A DNA stretch of 64,000 bases, from assembly GCA_973895155.1 (NCBI GenBank), contig OZ316891.1:25047899-25111898 (forward strand), written 5' to 3'. A program made the translations under genes and the position numbers. Shown piece after piece: positions 8,827 to 19,900 of this stretch (its first letter is position 1; each line of letters begins with the position of its first letter). The notes beneath the pieces are model-generated. The model saw only the letters and a program-made list of their open reading frames with translations. It was not told where the DNA came from and did not search any database. Source of the stretch: Marsupella aquatica. Lineage: Eukaryota > Plantae > Marchantiophyta.

Positions 8827-11800
8827 TGTGGTGCGTCCCATGGCTCCCTAAACCCAAGAAACCCCCCAGCTCAAGCCGATTCCCGCAGGTTTCGTGCTTG
8901 GCGAGGCCGTTTCCGCGGCTTAGCGGCATGGGACGCTGCTAACCTTCTACTACTACTATTAACATTTTACACACATATACTGGACAGATCCTTCATCGGG
9001 TCATGAGATACGTAGCCGGCCTAATATAGGCCTTCCCCTGTCTTCCCCTGTCTTCCCCTCCGTCTTGTTAGGTATGTTTGGATTCCGCCGCCGGAATGAT
9101 CCCCAATAGGCTTGGTTAAGCCGCTAAGACCTCTCTCAGCTCGACACATCCAACTCTCACTCCCCTGCTTACTTTCCTTCCTTCTGTTGATGTGGGCACT
9201 CTTCACACAAGTTAATGCGACACACAAATAGCAAAATGACTCATTCTGACTGAGTCATACCATGCACTTGCCATACAAACAGTACATCTCATACACAAGT
9301 TCTGCGAACTAAGCCGTGAGGCCAACTCTATTCAGCTCTTAGGCATGAGGAAACATGAATATACACAAGGGTCACTGTATGACTAACCGAGAGCTTCTCG
9401 TACTACTTGATCCCAGCCCGGCTGGTGCAAACTAAAAACTTGCTAAAGAAGAGGCCCTGAGCTCCCCGCTGCCCAGGTACTTATCCTGGTAGTGGATCCG
9501 TCATTCTTTGCATCGTAAGCCTAATCTACTTAACAGTAATCTACTTGCCCGAATCTACCTATGTACAGCAAGGCAGGAGCACAAGTGTTGCTCCTACCAG
9601 TGGGACCGCAATCCCACTAAGCTAAGTGTCAAGGCCGCTCCTGGTTCTGATCCTAATCCTAAACGTGGAGATCCGCGCCCGCCCTACCCACTCACGCCTC
9701 CTCCCTCCACGTCCGCCCTCCCTAAAAGGAATGGCGCCCTTGCACCGTCACGACACCGGTGGTGGATCCTCAATGGACGCCCCCAACACTTCCTCCTCAG
9801 CCACTGCCGTTGGCCCGCCTACTGACAGATTACCTGCCCTTGACCGAGTCAACTCTCCCTCGGCCTGACTGGGTCCACCTTCGGCTTCAGCCTCGACACC
9901 GGCCTCGGCAATACCCACGGCTTCGGCCTCAGCCACTCCCACGGCTTCGGCTTCAGCCACTCCCTCGGCTTCGGTCTCAACCACCCCCACGGCTTCGGCC
10001 TCCCCTTCCCCTAGGGTAGTTGGATCCTTAGCCGTGACCCTGTCTGGGGTCGGTGCTGGGTCTACCTCCTTGATCACCACGGCCTGTGAAGTCGTATTAC
10101 TCCTTGACCCTGAAGGTTTCCGCTTCTTCTTTGTTGGTGGCTCGGCAGCTGGTCCCTTCCCCTTCCCACTTACTTCCGGCACTGGTGCAGGTGGCGCGGC
10201 TTGTCCTTCGGCAATTACCACCCCTGGTAACTGGTTTGTCCCAACGGGAGATGGACCTGTTGCAGCTAAGCATTTAAATACTGCGGCTTGTTTCTTTAGC
10301 CACTCTGTTTGGTTGTCGGCCCGCCGCTGTAGGTTCTCCATCTTCCTCGTGATTTCCTCCAACTCCTCTTGGGTTTCATCCAGGTCCTTACGTGCCCCCT
10401 CCAGCTCGTTTTTGGCCTCCTCCTGCTCCTTGTGGGCTTCCTCCAATTCCTTCTTCAAGGTAGCCCTCTCCTCCTGGGTTGCTCTTAGCTCCTTGTCGAG
10501 CTCTGCAATGATGACAGACTCCATCTGGTTTATCTTGGCGTAAGTCTGTTCGAGCATCTCGTCCTTCTCCCTTAGGTCGGCCTTGAAGCTGGCCGTCAGG
10601 GACGCAAGCTCCTGCTGCAGCGCCATAATCCCTTGATAGGATTTCCCTAACTCGACCTCCTTCTGCTCAAGGGCTCCGCGGATTTTCTTGAGCTCCCCTT
10701 TCAACGCCCATTCCTTTCTTTGGGTCTCCGCCATGGCCCGGCTGTTGGCTGTTATGTGGGCCTCCTCTGTATTCTTCAGCTCTTGCTTCCACTTCTCCCT
10801 CTCTTTGATCGTGTCGGCCAATTCTTCCTGCGTCTGAGTCAGTTTATCCTTGATATTCTGATTATCAGCCTGCGCGGTGTCCAACTGCCCCTGCATGATG
10901 TTCAGCTCATGTCGTTTAATCCGCAGTTCATCTTGGGCTTTCTTGGCCGCCCTTAGATCTTCAATCTCGGCTTCCATCCTCCTAAGCCGCCGAATGACCT
11001 CGTCCTTCTTGCTTCTCTCTAAAGCCACCGCTTCTTCTAATTGGTGCTTCTCCAACTGCTCCCTATGGAAAAAGGGTCCTACCTCCAACTCCTCTCCAAA
11101 GATGCCGAGCGCAAGTTCCCCACACATCTCACCATACTCCATGGCTCTATTCTTAGCGTAGGTGGAGTAAGTAGAAGTGATCGGCATCGCCCATCGTGGC
11201 CTCTGCTCCCAAGCCGTCCTGCGGATCTCTTCAATCGTGGCTAGAGGTTTGCTTCCTTTTTCGGCTAGCCGCCTAATGTCCTCCGGCCAATCTCCTCCTG
11301 GTAAATCCTTTTCCTTAGCCAGGGCGGCCTCTTCCTCCTGCTTGATTCGCTCCTGAAATTCCTGCACCGTCTGTTTTATGTCGTCGAAGCTCGGGGGAGC
11401 AACATCTGGTGGGGGAGACTCAGGGCTACTCTGCTGGTTGGGGTCCCCTCGCACTACCCTTGGAAGTGTGGGGACAAACCGGCCACAGGTCCTTACTCCT
11501 GGAACGTGATGGTCCGACCCATAGCCGGAATTATCATGGCTGCAGTCCTCCACTGCCTCCTCTACCTCTTGGACGTCCGGCTTCTCCCTCTCCTCTTCCT
11601 TGGTAGGAGCTTCAGGCAATTCTGCCTCAGATTTGGAGCTTGAGGTTCCCACGTACATTCGAACACCTGGCTTGGATTCCGGCCTGATTCTCTCCTTGTC
11701 TCCAGCAAAGGGGTTTTCTCTTGTGAGCCGGTGTAGGCCTACCTCTGTAGTAGTGTCCTGCATTGTTGCCGTTGCCGTTGTTGTTGCCGATGCCGATTTC

Positions 11801-13510
11801 TTTTCTTTCTCCAGTAGTTTCAGCAGACTCTGCATGCCTGGTTGCTGCATCGGCAAGTCTTCCTTCCTGGGCCTAAACACCTGCTCGATCGTAGGACTAA
11901 CAGGTGGTTGAGGCTTCTCAGCCAACGGCCTCGGCGTTGGAGCTTCCTCGGGTGCCCTTACCTGCAGGGGAAGTACCGGGGCAAAAGTCTGACCTCTGGC
12001 ATACCGGCACAACAGCGGCATGTGATAGCCAAGCCGCGACACGCTCCCCATGCCGATTACCTGCTGCTCCTCCTTTAAGATCTTCTTCAATTGGTTGAGG
12101 AGGTACCCGTTGTAGTCCCGGCTTGGGTCTGGCCTTTCTGCCAGATAGACCTGTGCCTTGCCGATCTCTGCCCTCGGCAAGTTACAATGCATGGTCACCC
12201 GCAAGAAGTCGATCATCTCTCCTATGTGCGGGTTGGTGCAGGTGTTCCGGAAGAAGCCATTCTTCGTTGATGGCCCGGGGAACGACCGGAACTCCTTGTC
12301 AGGCAAGGTCTTCCTGGTATCAACTTTGGTCTTATTGCCTATCGGCAGGCCAAACACTTCGGCAATTACCTTGGGAGTAAGATAGAAATCCTTCCCATAT
12401 ATCCTCGTGCAATTGGTCTCGGGTTCCCATGACCCCACGAATTCTAATAGGTCTGACTGCGGTACCTCCGGCTTCAGCCATGGTAATCTTACAAAGGCCT
12501 CCAAGCCGGATCCGGCCATGAAGCCTTGGTACTTCTTGGTCTGCATGGCCGTAAAGCATGCATCCTCCTCCCGTGCAAAATGTAGTTGCACCTCCACCGG
12601 TAGGGTTGCCGCCCAGCCCTTCCAGGTGTCATCCCTGGTTGGAATGGCCTTGATGGGATCGACCTCCTCCTCTTCGGCTTCTCCCTGCCTCCTGCTCTGC
12701 TGCTCGGCTGGCTTCTTTGGTGCCGCCGACCTCGTTCTTTTTGCCGGGGTGGCTTCATCGTTGACGGCTCCCTTCCTCTTCATCTCTGCTGCCGTGGAGG
12801 TTTCTCCTAGCACCGTTGCCTGGGTCCACCTTTCCGTGCTACCCTTTAATTCCCAGTGTATGTCGTTGCAGTTCTTGATGGCCTCTCGGATGCCGACGAC
12901 GCTGTCTTTGCAAAACAGAAGATCGTCGAGTTGATTGGAAGTAGGCGTCCATAGGAACTCGTCCTTGATGAGTTTGCCTCCTAAGAAAGCCGTCTTCTGC
13001 AGCTCCCACAATCGAGCGAGCTCCTGCCGTTCTCGAGCTGCCCTTTCTGACTCCTCGTCCTCGTAAGTCTTGATGTACTCAGTTGCCCGTTCGAACAGGC
13101 ATCCCCAGAAATGTGCCGCTTGATTGACGTTGCTCATACCCTCCTTAGGTCGATCGTCGGTATCAATTCTCTCCCCGAGTGCTTGCCTAAGCAGCTGACA
13201 GTAGTTGGCCTCCCGTAGTCGTCTGCCTAGTTCGTGCTCGCAAATGAGCCACCATCTCCTGCAAGCGCTCCTTACCCCTCTCCTCTGCCGGTCCTTCTTC
13301 CCGTTGATCCTTCCTAGCCGCCGACGCTTAACGCGCCCTAACCCTAATCGGGTTTTCACCCTCAGCCTTACCTCCGGCCTCGGCCCGGGTTCCATGGTTG
13401 CCCCTAATTGTTTATATTTTCCTTGTTTTGTCACTATACTAAGGTGTTCCTAGGGTGCCTTCCTGCTTTACCCACTTAACCGGCCGAGTGATTCCTGTCT
13501 AGGCATCACA
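8827..13510 (-). repeat. 3' LTR of element A (4684 bp)
   Basis: Direct repeat of 16949-21656; TG...CA termini; adjacent PPT. Confidence 0.95.
9748..13434 (-). CDS. LTR-encoded ~1215-1228-aa protein (central plant-transposon domain plus long coiled coil)
   Basis: Intact ORF wholly inside the LTR; first ATG at 13395 in ACCATGG context; IYGKDFYLTPKVIAEVFGLP segment; ~250-aa heptad region; KKKRK. Confidence 0.9.
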   Translation of the reverse strand: MTKQGKYKQLGATMEPGPRPEVRLRVKTRLGLGRVKRRRLGRINGKKDRQRRGVRSACRRWWLICEHELGRRLREANYCQLLRQALGERIDTDDRPKEGMSNVNQAAHFWGCLFERATEYIKTYEDEESERAARERQELARLWELQKTAFLGGKLIKDEFLWTPTSNQLDDLLFCKDSVVGIREAIKNCNDIHWELKGSTERWTQATVLGETSTAAEMKRKGAVNDEATPAKRTRSAAPKKPAEQQSRRQGEAEEEEVDPIKAIPTRDDTWKGWAATLPVEVQLHFAREEDACFTAMQTKKYQGFMAGSGLEAFVRLPWLKPEVPQSDLLEFVGSWEPETNCTRIYGKDFYLTPKVIAEVFGLPIGNKTKVDTRKTLPDKEFRSFPGPSTKNGFFRNTCTNPHIGEMIDFLRVTMHCNLPRAEIGKAQVYLAERPDPSRDYNGYLLNQLKKILKEEQQVIGMGSVSRLGYHMPLLCRYARGQTFAPVLPLQVRAPEEAPTPRPLAEKPQPPVSPTIEQVFRPRKEDLPMQQPGMQSLLKLLEKEKKSASATTTATATMQDTTTEVGLHRLTRENPFAGDKERIRPESKPGVRMYVGTSSSKSEAELPEAPTKEEEREKPDVQEVEEAVEDCSHDNSGYGSDHHVPGVRTCGRFVPTLPRVVRGDPNQQSSPESPPPDVAPPSFDDIKQTVQEFQERIKQEEEAALAKEKDLPGGDWPEDIRRLAEKGSKPLATIEEIRRTAWEQRPRWAMPITSTYSTYAKNRAMEYGEMCGELALGIFGEELEVGPFFHREQLEKHQLEEAVALERSKKDEVIRRLRRMEAEIEDLRAAKKAQDELRIKRHELNIMQGQLDTAQADNQNIKDKLTQTQEELADTIKEREKWKQELKNTEEAHITANSRAMAETQRKEWALKGELKKIRGALEQKEVELGKSYQGIMALQQELASLTASFKADLREKDEMLEQTYAKINQMESVIIAELDKELRATQEERATLKKELEEAHKEQEEAKNELEGARKDLDETQEELEEITRKMENLQRRADNQTEWLKKQAAVFKCLAATGPSPVGTNQLPGVVIAEGQAAPPAPVPEVSGKGKGPAAEPPTKKKRKPSGSRSNTTSQAVVIKEVDPAPTPDRVTAKDPTTLGEGEAEAVGVVETEAEGVAEAEAVGVAEAEAVGIAEAGVEAEAEGGPSQAEGELTRSRAGNLSVGGPTAVAEEEVLGASIEDPPPVS

Positions 13511-13978
13511 TAGCTCCCCACTTAATTGTGAAGCGTCCTCGCGAACAACTTCATCTTCGTCCATATAGTATTTCTTGAGGCGGTCATAATGGATGCGAAC
13601 TGGATATACCTCTCCCGTAATGTTGGCCAATTGTACGGAGCCATTGGGGAACATCATGGTTACTCTAAAGGGTCCTAACCAGCGAGTGTAAAGCTTTCCT
13701 GGAAACCTACTATACCTACTGTCATAAAGTAGCACAAGATCACCGGTATGAATACTAACTACTTTTAACCTTTTATCATACTGCTGCTTCATGATATTCT
13801 GTCTATATTCTACTCTCTCGGCTTCTAATAGGGCCTCAATTTGTTCTGCCCTCGTAATCGGCTTGTATGCCGATCCCTTGGTATTTAATTCCTTGCCGAT
13901 GATCAATGGCGTTGTGGACCCCGTCGGCTCTGCCACAACGCCTGCAGAAAATCCACTGTCCCTGCTACTGCTCCCCAC
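13499..13978 (-). pseudogene. pol: Internally deleted pol (N-terminus fused in frame to the integrase C-terminus)
   Basis: Essentially identical to both ends of 38587-41853, with 929 codons missing. Confidence 0.95.
13511..13524 (-). promoter_or_regulatory. Polypurine tract, element A
   Basis: TAAGTGGGGAGCTA immediately 5' of the 3' LTR on the minus strand. Confidence 0.8.
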
Positions 13979-16879
13979 TTAGCCGTTTCATCCAATTGGT
14001 CTACATCCTTTACTTCCTCCGGAGTTGCAGCTAAAAAGGTGGATTCTATTGTAAAGCAGTCCTCGACCTCTTCGTCTTCTTCTTCCAAGTCACCTTCCAT
14101 TGGTTCTTGCCATAATCCGCTGGGGGCTACCTCTGGTCCAAAGACACCTTCTTCGGTTAGGTTAGTGAGGCATTCTAACCAACGTACTTCATCGGCTGAC
14201 TCCAGTCCACTGTCGTACCCATCTACTTCCCTTATGCTTTTCCTACGGTCATCCTTAGTGTCCCAGGATACCGTGATAGAGGGGGTCCCGAAAGTGAACT
14301 GCTTTTTACCCCAATCTTCTATTACCTCGGCTAGGTACAGCCATGGCCTACCAATCAATAGCCGGAATGACGTAGGATTTACCGGCTTCATTACTACATA
14401 GTTAATGCTAAAGAAGATACCTCCTATCTCTGTCTTGATGCCGGTTAACACTCCCGTCGGAATGACCTGATATCCATTGGCCATGTTCAACACTCTTCCA
14501 GTCATCTCCGGTGTTAGACCCCACCCTTTTGCTGTTGAATCAATCATAATACATACCCCTGATCCTCCATCGATGGGTACCCGTAGTAATAATTCTCCTT
14601 GAATCATTAATGGTAATGCTGGGGCTCCTTGATCTTCTTCTATCATTAGTACGTCGGATCTGGTTGCTACCTTGGGTAATCTCGGCTTGCCGAGAATAGC
14701 CTTCCTTAATTGCTTTCGGAAGTACGGGCTATTTTTCAATAGTTGACCTACTGTTGCCGAGACTCTAGATTCTAGTACATCTTTAGCCAGGTCATAGGGA
14801 ACAATCGGCTTCTCTTCTGGTGGTGTTTCCGTCTTGGATTCGGCCAGTTTTGCCACGCTAGTCTCCACAGCTGTTGGGTCTTCCGAAGCAAACAATGCTT
14901 TTGCTCGTTTTACATCCTTGGCAATGGCTTCGGTATTCTCCAGGGTTTCTAATTCTCTTAGTTGTTCCTTAACACTAGCCGTAACAGAGGGGTAGAACAA
15001 CTTAGGATGATCTCGATTGAAGTCGCTATCTTGTGAAGGATTGGTTTCACTGGTGGGCTCATGGCTTACCTGTATTGCCGGAGCCCTCCCTTCTCCTTCT
15101 GTTGATGTTGACGAAGAGTCGATCCTTTCCTCCGTAACCTTCCCTTTATTTTTGGCCAGCCCATCCCACCTTTCCTTCCTTCTGGTAGATCGAGTAGAGA
15201 CCCGGTAGCAATCATGATCTAAATCCTCCTCTGAGAAGGTTGATAGGGCTTCGGCCTCATCATCAGATGGTACGAACTCTGCCTCGGCATCCTCTTGCCA
15301 TCCTAGTTCGATGTGGTTGATTTGAACTCCTCCGGGGGTAGTACCTGGCGGTAAGATCTTGATCGGCAAAAGCTTATGATTTGCGGCCAGGCCTGCCAAC
15401 CAAGTAGGACATTGCCCTAGCATATGACCTTCCTGTCGGCATCCCATACATAGCTGAGCTGGTTGTCCATCACCCTGTTTGCGTGCATTCGGGCATTCTC
15501 TAGCAAAATGGCCAGGTTGACCACAATTATAGCACGCCGCAAATCTTTGCACATTCGGCCTAGGAGGTACTGACGGGTTCTGAATAATCCGAGGATACAT
15601 CTCTCCTGGATTGTTCCTTAACCCTGACCACAGAGATGCAGGTCTGTTGGATAGGTCTCGTGCTCCAGTCTCACTGATGCCGAAAACACTATCAGCGGCA
15701 TCTCCCAAAAAGTACTCTACTTCTCCCTGACATGGTCTGATCTCGGCCACATGCCGAACATGATTAGTATTAAGCTTAGGACACGCATCTTTATGGTGTC
15801 CGGTTTTATAACATAAGGCACACCATACAGAGCTATCCTCCTGTACTACCTTCTTCTTTGGTTTTACCTCTGCAATGATAGCCTTAAGTTGCTCGGTAAG
15901 GGCTACGATGTTATCTGGTGGCTTAGCCTCCATCTTGACTTTCGTCTTCCCTCTCCTTCTGCCCTTCCTTTTCCTAGTTTTTTCTTCTTCAGAACTAGAA
16001 GATGACTCACTCTTGCTACTCCCACTATCCGAGCTTGACTTATCACTTCTAGACTTCTTGGAATGTTTCTTCTTCTTATCTTTTTTCTTATGGGGTGATC
16101 CCTCCTCTGATGAGGAACTCTCAGACTTAAGCTGTTTCTTTCCGGCTTGTGATATCTGCATTAATGTATAATTGAATATCCTTAATTGCTTCGGCTAAAG
16201 TCTCCGGGTTCTCCTTCCTAATTGCAAAACTCATCTTCTGTGGCAAAGCATTCACCAACCATTGAAGTTGCATACCTTCAGATGCATTGGTCTTTGTACG
16301 TCTTACCAGTTTCTGAAAGCGTTGCAAGAACTTCCTGAAGGATTTGTTCTCCTTGAACCGAAGTTGTCCCAACTTCAGCACTGCTAGTTCTGAAGTTCCA
16401 ATGGGTCGAAACTCCTTAACAAAGAGTGTTTTGAAGATATCCCAGATGGCTTGATCTTCCACATCTAATGCTCTGTACCAAGGCCTAGCCTCACCCTTGA
16501 ACAGGCCGGGAAGAATCTGCATCTTGATGGCCGATTCTCCATTTGCTGCAGCGGTTCCCTCGAAATCATCCAACCATTCGTCCGGATCCTCATCTCCTCT
16601 CCCATGAAATGCCTTGTAATGTATGCGCGACCGCTGGTTCAATCTGGTCCCTGGCCTCTCGTCTGGCCGTGCCTCTGGTTCCCCCATGTCGGTTGGAGAC
16701 TCACTTCTCCTTACCGACTCTTCCTCTGGTATGTCTTCTTCAACGCCACTTCCAGTTTCGGAGCTACCAGCTCTTTCTGCCCCTCTCAGTCGCTGTGTAT
16801 CATGCCACCCGGCGAGCTGCTGCAGTCAAGCTCTCTCCCGTTGAATCACTCTTTCTTCCCTCGGCGTAAGGTCAGTCAT
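13903..16879 (-). pseudogene. gag: gag-protease of element A (disrupted)
   Basis: CCHC knuckles and PIDGGS protease motif. Relative to element B there is a CGA>TGA stop near 16827 and a 1-nt insertion near 16140. Confidence 0.9.
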
Positions 16880-16926
16880 TACCTACGCTTCCGTTCTAAC
16901 TTCATATCTCACGGCTTAAGAAATGC

Positions 16927-16944
16927 CCCCTCCATCTAGCGCCA
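16927..16944 (-). promoter_or_regulatory. Primer binding site, element A
   Basis: TGGCGCTAGATGGAGGGG, 4 nt after the 5' LTR; cognate tRNA not assigned. Confidence 0.85.
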
Positions 16945-16948
16945 AAAA

Positions 16949-19900
16949 TGTGGTGCGTCCCATGGCTCCCTAAACCCAAGAAACCCCCCAGCTCAAGCCG
17001 ATTCCCGCAGGTTTCGTGCTTGGCGAGGCCGTTTCCGCGGCTTAGCGGCATGGGACGCTGCTAACCTTCTACTACTACTATTAACATTTTACACACATAT
17101 ACTGGACAGATCCTTCATCGGGTCATGAGATACGTAGCCGGCCTAATATAGGCCTTCCCCTGTCTTCCCCTGTCTTCCCCTCCGTCTTGTTAGGTATGTT
17201 TGGATTCCGCCGCCGGAATGATCCCCAATAGGCTTGGTTAAGCCGCTAAGACCTCTCTCAGCTCGACACATCCAACTCTCACTCCCCTGCTTACTTTCCT
17301 TCCTTCTGTTGATGTGGGCACTCTTCACACAAGTTAATGCGACACACAAATAGCAAAATGACTCATTCTGACTGAGTCATACCATGCACTTGCCATACAA
17401 ACAGTACATCTCATACACAAGTTCTGCGAACTAAGCCGTGAGGCCAACTCTATTCAGCTCTTAGGCATGAGGAAACATGAATATACACAAGGGTCACTGT
17501 ATGACTAACCGAGAGCTTCTCGTACTACTTGATCCCAGCCCGGCTGGTGCAAACTAAAAACTTGCTAAAGAAGAGGCCCTGAGCTCCCCGCTGCCCAGGT
17601 ACTTATCCTGGTAGTGGATCCGCCATTCTTTGCATCGTAAGCCTAATCTACCTGACAGTAATCTACTTGCCCGAATCTACCTATGTACAGCAAGGCAGGA
17701 GCACAAGTGTTGCTCCTACCAGTGGAACCGCAATCCCACTAAGCTAAGTGTCAGGGCCGCTCCTGGTTCTGATCCTAATCCTAAACGTGGAGATCCGCGC
17801 CCGCCCTGCCCACTCACGCCTCCTCCCTCCACGTCCGCCCTCCCTAAAAGGAACGGCGCCCTTGCACCGTCACGACACCGGTGGTGGATCCTCAATGGAC
17901 GCCCCCAACACTTCCTCCTCAGCCACTGCCGTTGGCCTGCCTACTGACAGATTACCTGCCCTTGACCGAGTCAACTCTCCATCGGCCTGACTGGGTCCAC
18001 CTTCGGCTTCAGCCTCGACACCGGCCTTGGCAATACCCACGGCTTCGGCCTCAGCCACTCCCACGGCTTTGGCTTCAGCCACCCCCACGGCTTCGGCCTC
18101 AGCCACTCCCACGGCTTCGGCTTCAGCCACCCCCACGGCTTCGGCCTCCCCTTCCCCTAGGGTAGTTGGATCCTTAGCCGTGACCCTGTCTGGGGTCGGT
18201 GCTGGGTCTACCTCCTTGATCACCACGGCCTGTGAAGTCGTATTACTCCTTGACCCTGAAGGTTTCCGCTTCTTCTTCGTTGGTGGCTCGGCAGCTGGTC
18301 CCTTCCCCTTCCCACTTACTTCCGGCACTGGTGCAGGTGGCGCGGCTTGTCCTTCGGCAATTACCACCCCTGGTAACTGGTTTGTCCCAACAGGAGATGG
18401 ACCTGCTGCAGCTAAGCATTTAAATACTGCGGCTTGTTTCTTCAGCCGCTCTGTTTGGTTGTCGGCCCGCCGCTGTAGGTTCTCCATCTTCCTCGTGATT
18501 TCCTCCAACTCCTCTTGGGTTTCATCCAGGTCCTTACGTGCCCCCTCCAGCTCGTTTTTGGCCTCCTCCTGCTCCCTGTGGGCTTCCTCCAATTCCTTCT
18601 TCAAGGTAGCCCTCTCCTCCTGGGTTGCTCTTAGCTCCTTGTCGAGCTCTGCAATGATGACAGACTCCATCTGGTTCATCTTGGCGTAAGTCTGTTCGAG
18701 CATCTCGTCCTTCTCCCTTAGGTCGGCCTTGAAGCTGGCCGTCAGGGACGCAAGCTCCTGCTGCAGCGCCATAATCCCTTGATAGGATTTCCCTAACTCG
18801 ACCTCCTTCTGTTCAAGGGCTCCGCGGATTTTCTCGAGCTCCCCTTTCAACGCCCATTCCTTTCTTTGGGTCTCCGCCATGGCCCGGCTGTTGGCTGTTA
18901 TGTGGGCCTCCTCTGTATTCTTCAGCTCTTGCTTCCACTTTTCCCTCTCTTTGATCGTGTCGGCCAACTCTTCCTGCGTCTGAGTCAGTTTATCCTTGAT
19001 ATTCTGATTATCAGCCTGCGCGGCGTCCAACTGCCCCTGCATGATGTTCAGCTCATGTCGTTTAATCCGCAGTTCATCTTGGGCTTTCTTGGCCGCCCTT
19101 AGATCTTCAATCTCGGCTCCCATCCTCCTAAGCCGCCGAATGACCTCGTCCTTCTTGCTTCTCTCTAAAGCCACCGCTTCTTCTAATTGGTGCTTCTCCA
19201 ACTGCTCCCTATGAAAAAAGGGTCCTACCTCCAACTCCTCTCCAAAGATGCCGAGCGCAAGTTCCCCACACATCTCACCATACTCCATGGCTCTATTCTT
19301 AGCGTAGGTGGAGTAAGTAGAAGTGATCGGCATCGCCCATCGTGGCCTCTGCTTCCAAGCCGTCCTGCGGATCTCTTCAATCGTGGCTAGAGGTTTGCTT
19401 CCTTTTTTGGCTAGCCGCCTGATGTCCTCCGGCCAATCTCCTCCTGGTAAATCCTTTTCCTTAGCCAGGGCGGCCTCTTCCTCCTGCTTGATTCGCTCCT
19501 GAAATTCCTGCATCGTCTGTTTTATGCCGTCGAAGCTCGGGGGAGCAACATCTGGTGGGGGAGACTCAGGGCTACTCTGCTGGTTGGGGTCCCCTCGCAC
19601 TACCCTTGGAAGTGTGGGGACAAACCGGCCACAGGTCCTTACTCCTGGAACGTGATGGTCCGACCCATAGCCGGAATTATCATGGCTGCAGTCCTCCACT
19701 GCCTCCTCTACCTCTTGGACGTCCGGCTTCTCCCTCTCCTCTTCCTCGGTAGGAGCTTCAGGCAATTCTGCCTCAGATTTGGAGCTTGAGGTTCCCACGT
19801 ACATTCGAACACCTGGCTTGGATTCCGGCCTGATTCTCTCCTTGTCTCCAGCAAAGGGGTTTTCTCTTGTGAGCCAGTGTAGGCCTACCTCTGTAGTAGT

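Noticed and set aside
9748-13434. LTR ORF as an envelope protein or captured myosin/SMC gene
   Set aside because: No signal peptide or transmembrane segment seen, and no motor or ATPase motifs; the resemblance is only generic coiled coil.
9508-13453. Many plus-strand ORFs in the family-2 LTRs (also in the other three copies)
   Set aside because: Antisense shadows of the long minus-strand ORF; Ser-rich, with no independent motifs.
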